From IMG/VR virus record IMGVR_UViG_3300033485_000041, positions 1 through 41,426 of that record: a stretch of 41,426 nt of DNA; one strand, written 5' to 3'. Both the position numbers and the translations under genes were made by a program. A model generated the notes under the pieces. That model was not told the origin of the DNA and made no database searches. It saw only the letters and a list, made by a program, of their open reading frames with translations. The DNA comes from a virus (lineage: Duplodnaviria > Caudoviricetes). Shown here in pieces: positions 36,008 to 41,426 of the stretch (its first letter is position 1; the number at the start of each line of letters is the position of its first letter).

Positions 36008-36511
36008 TTAGCCTTCAAATTTTCTGTAGAACGCTCCGAATGCCTTGGCCGCAGTTGTTTCGTATGCGTCAGAAGCTTTTTTTGCGGTGGCAAAGTATCC
36101 GATGTGAAAATACTTTCCGGCGACCGTAATTTGCGCCTGCCATTTTTTTGCATCCTTGCGCCAGCAAACGCCTTTGAAACCGCTCTTATTCGTGGAATAA
36201 CGCCCAGTATTCCATAAGTTTTCCATGTTCGTCGCCTCCCTTAAATTCGCAATCCAATTGGCGTCCTTGTCTCTATTCTTATGGTCAAGATCATTCTTTG
36301 GCCATGCGCCGTATACGTAGAGCCATGCCAGCCTATGCGCTTGGTAGGATTTTCTGTCGATTTTGATATAACGATAGCCATTTTTCCCAACCGTCCCAGC
36401 TTCGTCGCCACGTCGGATAACTCGTTTCGAAAAGAGCCATGTGAATCTTCCTGTATTCGGGCAATAGTGTAATAGCTCTTTTAGCCGTTCGGTAGTGAGT
36501 TTTTGCTTCAT
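36008..36511 (-). CDS. HNH-AP2 homing endonuclease; paralog of 3477-3986
   Basis: Start MKQKLT; identical LDHKNRDKDANWIANLREAT segment. Confidence 0.92.
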   Translation of the reverse strand: MKQKLTTERLKELLHYCPNTGRFTWLFSKRVIRRGDEAGTVGKNGYRYIKIDRKSYQAHRLAWLYVYGAWPKNDLDHKNRDKDANWIANLREATNMENLWNTGRYSTNKSGFKGVCWRKDAKKWQAQITVAGKYFHIGYFATAKKASDAYETTAAKAFGAFYRKFEG

Positions 36512-36598
36512 AAAATAGAAATGCCCCGGAGCCGCTAGACAGCCGGAGCATTTCCTATGAACACAAACCAAAGAATGTTTTCTGGCGCTAGCGGGCGC
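36512..36598 (-). promoter_or_regulatory. kissing-loop leader C
   Basis: CCGCTAG in 5' hairpin complements CTAGCGG in loop of hairpin 36518-36554 abutting the HNH start. Confidence 0.55.
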
Positions 36599-36708
36599 GA
36601 TTGACAAATGATAAAGTGTACAATGCGCGGATAATTTCAACATCTTTTTTAGCTATTTCTTCTCCGATGCCGCTTGAAAAGCCATGCGTAATAGGTAAGC
36701 CTCGCGCG

Positions 36709-37164
36709 ATGGCATACCTAAATCGTGTATTTTTAATAGGCAACCTAACGCGCGATCCCGAGCTACGGGTTACGCCAAAAGGCACAGCAATCTGTCAGTT
36801 CGGCCTTGCGGTCAACCGCCAGTTCAAGGACGAATCCGGCCAAAATCGCGATGAGACGACCTTTGTCGACATCGAAGCCTGGGGCAAGCAGGGCGAGCTC
36901 GTTGCGAAATATCTCACCAAGGGCAGCCCGGCCATGGTTGAAGGCCGCCTCAAACTCGATCAATGGGAGGACAAACAGACTCAGCAGAAGCGTAGCAAAC
37001 TAAAGGTTGTGCTCGATAACGTGCAGTTTCTCAGTTCAGGCAATGATAAGGTAAGGGGCGACAATCAAAACGCCGTAAATCAAGCGGAACGGCCTGCGGT
37101 GGGCCAGCCAACGGATAAGTCTAAGCCAGCAGCAAGCGACGTTGATGAGGACGTGCCATTCTAA
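36709..37164 (+). CDS. ssb: single-stranded DNA-binding protein
   Basis: LNRV.LIGNLTRDPELR, VEGRL, acidic DEDVPF tail. Confidence 0.97.
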   Translation: MAYLNRVFLIGNLTRDPELRVTPKGTAICQFGLAVNRQFKDESGQNRDETTFVDIEAWGKQGELVAKYLTKGSPAMVEGRLKLDQWEDKQTQQKRSKLKVVLDNVQFLSSGNDKVRGDNQNAVNQAERPAVGQPTDKSKPAASDVDEDVPF

Positions 37165-37174
37165 GCGCGAAAGA

Positions 37175-37200
37175 AGCCGCTCCCAGTTACGAGAGCGGCT
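37175..37200. terminator. stem-loop after ssb
   Basis: 8-bp stem AGCCGCTC/GAGCGGCT; no good + strand T tail. Confidence 0.45.
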
Positions 37201-37337
37201 ACCCCTATGATATGAATACCCTTTTCTCCGGCGAGAACGAAGAAACGCCATCGCGAGTTTGGCAAGCGGAAAAGAAAAAATAAGATTTCGCGAAGAAAGT
37301 TCTTGCAAAGTCCGCGAAGATCGGCACGGTGTGCATC

Positions 37338-37434
37338 GTTTTCGGGGTGAAGCCGCAAAACCTAGTCAATTTCTCAGGTCTAAAAGCCTTTGGAAAGCCC
37401 GGTTCCACTGCTTCACCCAGTGACCGGGTTTTTT
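37338..37434 (+). promoter_or_regulatory. kissing-loop leader/attenuator B
   Basis: Loop GGTGAAG (37346-52) complements terminator loop CTTCACC (37411-17); T6 tail; TTGCAA at 37303. Confidence 0.7.
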
Positions 37435-37439
37435 GTTCC

Positions 37440-38230
37440 CCGGATAACAAACAAAGCCTGCGCCATGTAAGCGGGTCGCTACTCCGAAATGGAATACACC
37501 GATCTGCAACTGCTGAAAAATAGCAATGCACCTGCGGGCAAAATGAAGGTTCCATATGGCGTCAGCGCGGAAAGCTGTTCCGGACTAGAGACGCGCAACA
37601 TCAACGTGTGCCTATGGGAAGTTGAACAAGAAATCGCATAGGATAGCCTGAGTAGCGTCAGGCACGCCATATAGAGCCTTCATGAAACGGTGCCCGCAGC
37701 GTGGGCATTGTTTAGCTTCCACCGTATAGGACCAATACCCAAGCGCGTTTGGGTAAAGGATGAAAGGCTATTCTCAGACTCGCAAGAGGGGCTGGCCGAA
37801 CTTCCGAAAGAAGGCATTCTTAGGAGACGGAAATGAGGAGACGGAAGCTAAACAATGCCCATGACGATGGCGCTGTTGAGTTATTCAGATGGAGGCTGCT
37901 GAGTAGAGAGCGTTTCCGGTGTCGAGTTATATCGTATGCGCGACTATTCACCACCCCGAAAGGGAGAAAGCCCGAATTTAAACCGGTAACTCAATAGCGC
38001 CATCACCGGCCACCGTTTCAATCACCGTCAGGGCGTCGCGTCCCGATCTATTGCCAGCGCGACTTAAAAGTAACAGGCTGCTTAAACAAGCAGGGGTGAT
38101 GACGAGAGACGAGCGCTTAACTTTACTGTTTAGCCAGCGCGTTGACCCTCTCGTGAGTAGTAACGCGAATCCATAGTCCAATGCGATTTACTTCAACACA
38201 CCCTCGCTCTTGGATGGGCGAGGTGTGAAC
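37440..38230 (+). ncRNA. candidate large structured ncRNA
   Basis: No credible ORF; three tandem domains closed by 18-28 bp helices with G-U pairs and GNRA-type loops on + strand. Confidence 0.7.
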
Positions 38231-38276
38231 GCAGATTTTCCATGAACCAACACGATGAACTCCAAAACTAAAACCT

Positions 38277-38519
38277 ATGAAAATACCAAAACAAACATTA
38301 CGTAAAATCGGAATAATTCCTTTGCATGGAATCAAAGAAGGTAAAAACATTCGCAGCGCTGTCATAGATTGCAGTGATTGCAAAAACGATATCGAGCTTG
38401 AAGAGCTTTTGAGGCAACTTGCAAATATGGCATATGCGCAGGGCGTAAAAGACGCTTTATATAAAACTGAAATTGCGCTTGGGTCATTGATTCACGATGC
38501 CAATCCAAACACTCTATGA
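38277..38519 (+). CDS. hypothetical protein
   Basis: 80 aa, AACCT-ATG. Confidence 0.65.
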   Translation: MKIPKQTLRKIGIIPLHGIKEGKNIRSAVIDCSDCKNDIELEELLRQLANMAYAQGVKDALYKTEIALGSLIHDANPNTL

Positions 38520-38998
38520 ACAAACTCACAATCGAGCTAGTCGAACAGGCTTCCAAGCAAATCGGAATCTCCGACGAACAACGTCGCAATTTAGTTTCTA
38601 TGATTTGCGACATGACAGCGGACGAAAACGACGGCGCAGAAGAAAAACCCCCCGCAGTCAAAAAGCAGTTCGTGATTCTGGTCAGCGATCCCGCTGGCGT
38701 GCTTACCAGGCATGATTTAGTCGGCTGGGTTGGCCAAATCGCCGAGAACGAAAGCCCGGCGACTACTCAAGACCGCATTCATCAAGCGGCCTATGATTTC
38801 AATGTCACCAAGCGCGGGCGACTCTGCCCAGTCCAGACCGTTGGCGAGGCAATTGAGAACGTGAAATCTAAGCAGTTTAAGGAGCACGGCATCTGGATTA
38901 AGACAAAGGAGCCTGTCCTAGTCCTTAGGACAAATAACGAAATCCCGAAAACCGATAGCTTGCTTGGCGACAATAACCGTGGAGGATCGGCATCATGA
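38516..38998 (+). CDS. hypothetical protein
   Basis: 160 aa, ATGA overlaps. Confidence 0.75.
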   Translation: MNKLTIELVEQASKQIGISDEQRRNLVSMICDMTADENDGAEEKPPAVKKQFVILVSDPAGVLTRHDLVGWVGQIAENESPATTQDRIHQAAYDFNVTKRGRLCPVQTVGEAIENVKSKQFKEHGIWIKTKEPVLVLRTNNEIPKTDSLLGDNNRGGSAS

Positions 38999-39165
38999 AA
39001 AAGACGATAAAGTTAAAATTCTGGCAGCGAATTTGCCTATTCATACTATGGCCGCTAATAACAGCGGCTATCGGGCTCTTCCTAACAGCCGCATTCCTGT
39101 CTGTCATGGCTGTAATAGCTCTCGCATGGCCATTCGTGCTGTGCAAAGGTTCATGGAGTAAATAG
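38995..39165 (+). CDS. 56-aa membrane protein (below cutoff)
   Basis: MKKTIKLKFWQRICLFILWPLITAAIGLFLTAAFLSVMAVIALAWPFVLCKGSWSK. Confidence 0.6.
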   Translation: MKKTIKLKFWQRICLFILWPLITAAIGLFLTAAFLSVMAVIALAWPFVLCKGSWSK

Positions 39166-39196
39166 CTCATAGGGTGTAAATTTCATTGCAATAATG

Positions 39197-39227
39197 CGCC
39201 ATATGCGGCAATTGTTCGCATATGGCG
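39197..39227 (+). promoter_or_regulatory. 11-bp inverted repeat covering a start codon
   Basis: CGCCATATGCG-N9-CGCATATGGCG; ATG 39222 lies in the 3' arm. Confidence 0.6.
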
Positions 39228-39497
39228 ACACCACGGAGCGTTACAGTAACGTCAACTGAAACTTTGATCTACGGCGGCGGAATTGGCCGTAGTCTGACAA
39301 TCTCGAACACGGGAGCGAATCGGCTTCATTATTCGGTCAATCCAGATTCTACCGTTACGCCTGAAAATGGAATACCTCTCGACCCTGGCGGCTCTTATGA
39401 ATTCATCGCACCGCTCTACTGCACCGAATCGCTGCCGATAATTCGCGGAGTTACCCGCTTAGCTTCAACTACGGTCGGCATTTCAATAACCCAATAA
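39222..39497 (+). CDS. small beta-rich virion-like protein; paralog of 5533-5841
   Basis: Shared motif pattern with 5533 ORF. Confidence 0.65.
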   Translation: MATPRSVTVTSTETLIYGGGIGRSLTISNTGANRLHYSVNPDSTVTPENGIPLDPGGSYEFIAPLYCTESLPIIRGVTRLASTTVGISITQ

Positions 39498-39501
39498 TCC
39501 C

Positions 39502-40263
39502 ATGCCAATCACGAACTCAGGATTCGCCACAGATTTTTACCTCAATGCCGCGCGCGGTGAAATAGCAGGAACATCATTGCGCATCAAGACAGGCCGCAAC
39601 AAGACAATAGACAGTACTACCGATCCCGAGGATATTTGGGCGGGCGGCGGGCTATACACAGGATTTCCTACGGCTGGCGTTGCAGAGACGCTGTCAATCG
39701 TTTCTACGAGCACAGACGATGCCGCTGCTGGCACAGGCGCTAGGACGATACGAATTACCGGCCTAGACGCAAACTGGCTTTCACAAGAAGAAACAGTCAC
39801 GCTTAACGGTACCACGCCAGTTGTTACAGCAACCCTCTGGCAACGCTGTGAGTTCATGACTGTCTTGACCGCAGGATCGGGCGGCGCAAATGCGGGAGAA
39901 ATCAGTGTCAAGCATTCGACCACAACGGCAAACCTTTTCATAAAAAGCGATGTTGGCGACAATCGCTCAGCCGTCTGCGCATGGACTATCCCCGCTGACA
40001 AAACAGGCTGGCTCGCTCAGATTACGGCATCGTCTAAGACTAAGCTTGCCGACATTGAACTCGTTTTCTTGTACCGACCATTTGGCGGAACATGGCAGCA
40101 ATTGGTATCATTCACGCTTACGGCTGAGAGCACAAACTACCTACAGAATTTCCTAGGCGGACATAAGCTTGAGCCAAAGGGAGATGTTGTCATGCGCGCC
40201 GTTACAGTAACGCAAGTGTGTGACGTTTCGGCATCGTTCACGGTTGTGCAGATGAATTTGTGA
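39502..40263 (+). CDS. putative virion spike/fibre protein
   Basis: Thr/Gly/Ala-rich; S.S.DD...GTGART..I.GLD.N....E...LNGTT.V motif. Confidence 0.65.
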   Translation: MPITNSGFATDFYLNAARGEIAGTSLRIKTGRNKTIDSTTDPEDIWAGGGLYTGFPTAGVAETLSIVSTSTDDAAAGTGARTIRITGLDANWLSQEETVTLNGTTPVVTATLWQRCEFMTVLTAGSGGANAGEISVKHSTTTANLFIKSDVGDNRSAVCAWTIPADKTGWLAQITASSKTKLADIELVFLYRPFGGTWQQLVSFTLTAESTNYLQNFLGGHKLEPKGDVVMRAVTVTQVCDVSASFTVVQMNL

Positions 40264-40739
40264 TTGGATTAGAGCTTGATCTAATGAAATACACTGCTCG
40301 CTATCTCTGCTGCCCTGGTTCGCGATTGGATGACAACCCATCCGACTTGATGGCAGCAATAGAGGCCTATGATCCGCGTGAGATCGCCGAGTTTCTTCGC
40401 GGATTAGCATACAAAGATTTCTTGCGTACCCCGTACTGGGCTGCCGTTGTTGTAGCAAAGAAAAGGCAGGCGCGATGGAAATGTGAACGCTGCGAAGAAA
40501 AACGCGAACTTCAGGTTCATCATAAGAACTATAAGCATCGATGTCTTGAGCATATCAACCTTACGAGCTTGGAGTGCCTCTGCCGAGTATGTCATGCGAA
40601 AGAGCACGGAAAGCAAACATGGTCAATGCCCCCAACACTCAAGCAGCGTTTTGATGCGCACAAAAAGAAAAACGTGTATCACCATGAGTTCTATCATGAT
40701 TGGAATGTTCCAAAGACTTACATTAAGATTCCGGAATGA
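40260..40739 (+). CDS. HNH endonuclease
   Basis: Y..FL.T.YW, C..C, L.VHH..Y, L..LC..CH...H; start uncertain. Confidence 0.85.
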   Translation: MIGLELDLMKYTARYLCCPGSRLDDNPSDLMAAIEAYDPREIAEFLRGLAYKDFLRTPYWAAVVVAKKRQARWKCERCEEKRELQVHHKNYKHRCLEHINLTSLECLCRVCHAKEHGKQTWSMPPTLKQRFDAHKKKNVYHHEFYHDWNVPKTYIKIPE

Positions 40740-40835
40740 GTTTTTGCTTGACTATTTCAAAAATCAGCACGGTACAATCGAATACGCGCCCCAGACACTG
40801 AACTGCTACAACTCGGCAGAATCCATTGAACAGCT

Positions 40836-41303
40836 ATGGCCATTTCTCCAAAGCACCCATGTAATCACCCTGGTTGCCGCGAACTAATCATCACCGGCTC
40901 ATACTGCCAGCAGCATCAGCATCTAGCGCCAGACGCGCGAAAGACGTACGACGCCACGACCCGCAAGAACACCCCAGAACTGGCGCAGGCAAAAAAAATA
41001 AGAGACTCGGCACGCTGGCAAATCGTACGACGTTTGCACAAGTCACTCAATCCATGCTGCTGCGATCCGTTCGACATTCACAGCATCGGCGCACTAACAA
41101 AAGAGTCGCATCACATCATGGGACTGGCCAAGCGTCCTGAGCTGGCATTTGACATGAGAAACCTAGCGCCTCTATGCACCGCATGCCACGCACGAGTCGA
41201 AGGCATGCAGAGAAGAGGGGATGATGCACTCAGTATCTTCAGAGGGCGCACAGTGAATACGCCAATGGGATTGGAGTTGCTATATTGCGAAAATGTAGCA
41301 TAG
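40836..41303 (+). CDS. packaging-associated HNH endonuclease (HK97 gp74-like)
   Basis: PC..PGC..L....YC..H, RW..VR, HH, NL..LC..CH; last gene before terS on circularisation. Confidence 0.88.
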   Translation: MAISPKHPCNHPGCRELIITGSYCQQHQHLAPDARKTYDATTRKNTPELAQAKKIRDSARWQIVRRLHKSLNPCCCDPFDIHSIGALTKESHHIMGLAKRPELAFDMRNLAPLCTACHARVEGMQRRGDDALSIFRGRTVNTPMGLELLYCENVA

Positions 41304-41418
41304 GTGGCAGGTACCCCTGCTAACTCAGTGCAGATGTAAAAAATATAACCTATGCCCGTAATGAAATGTAAAAATAATAAGGGGGAGGGGCTTAAGTTGC
41401 CATGTAGTGCCCCTACAC
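41304..41418. other. probable cos-proximal genome end
   Basis: Non-coding, GGGGGAGGGG tract; lies between packaging HNH and (via position 1) terS. Confidence 0.55.
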
Positions 41419-41426
41419 AGATCGGA
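41419..41426 (+). other. probable Illumina adapter remnant
   Basis: Terminal AGATCGGA equals the first 8 nt of AGATCGGAAGAGC. Confidence 0.75.

Noticed and set aside
36601-36624. TTGACA...TACAAT as a promoter, and the extended ssb/HNH N-termini
   Set aside because: Spacer is only 12 nt; homology-consistent starts are 36709 and 36511.
37161-38181. Short ORFs across the non-coding region
   Set aside because: No motifs or start context, and mixed strands; long helices explain the region better.
37440-38230. tRNA cluster, group I/II intron, hammerhead, retron or DGR
   Set aside because: No T-loop/cloverleaf consensus, no domain V, only a 6-bp GACTAT/ATAGTC P7-like match with no interrupted gene, no CUGANGA core, and no reverse transcriptase in the genome.
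40748-40778. TTGACT-N19-TACAAT late promoter
   Set aside because: Spacer too long to call from sequence alone.

Overview
The window looks like a complete or near-complete ~41.4 kb HK97-type siphophage genome, linearised next to its packaging site. The + strand 74-21208 holds packaging, head, tail and lysis-like genes: P27-family TerS, TerL, portal, ClpP-type protease, HK97 capsid, neck, tail tube, chaperones, tape measure, tail tip, beta-helix tailspike, and a u-spanin-like plus a holin-like gene. A leftward block (21.2-29.3 kb) carries RecT/YqaJ, nucleases and two hexamer-repeat genes. A rightward accessory block (29.5-41.3 kb) carries SSB and HNH genes and is interrupted by a small leftward operon. 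I could not recognise an integrase, CI repressor, DNA polymerase/primase/helicase, endolysin, tRNA or CRISPR array. The host is tentatively Verrucomicrobiota/PVC (SSB style, SD-less starts; inference only). Three things stand out. (1) An integron-like array of three gene cassettes separated by attC-like sites at 29520-30496, including a textbook 59-bp site, oriented against the ORFs and with no integrase in the genome. (2) A ~0.8 kb ORF-free, highly structured candidate ncRNA at ~37.44-38.23 kb built of tandem long-helix-closed domains. (3) Three leaders sharing a loop-loop 'kissing' attenuator architecture, each with a different 7-nt key. All family names come from motif recognition, not database searches.
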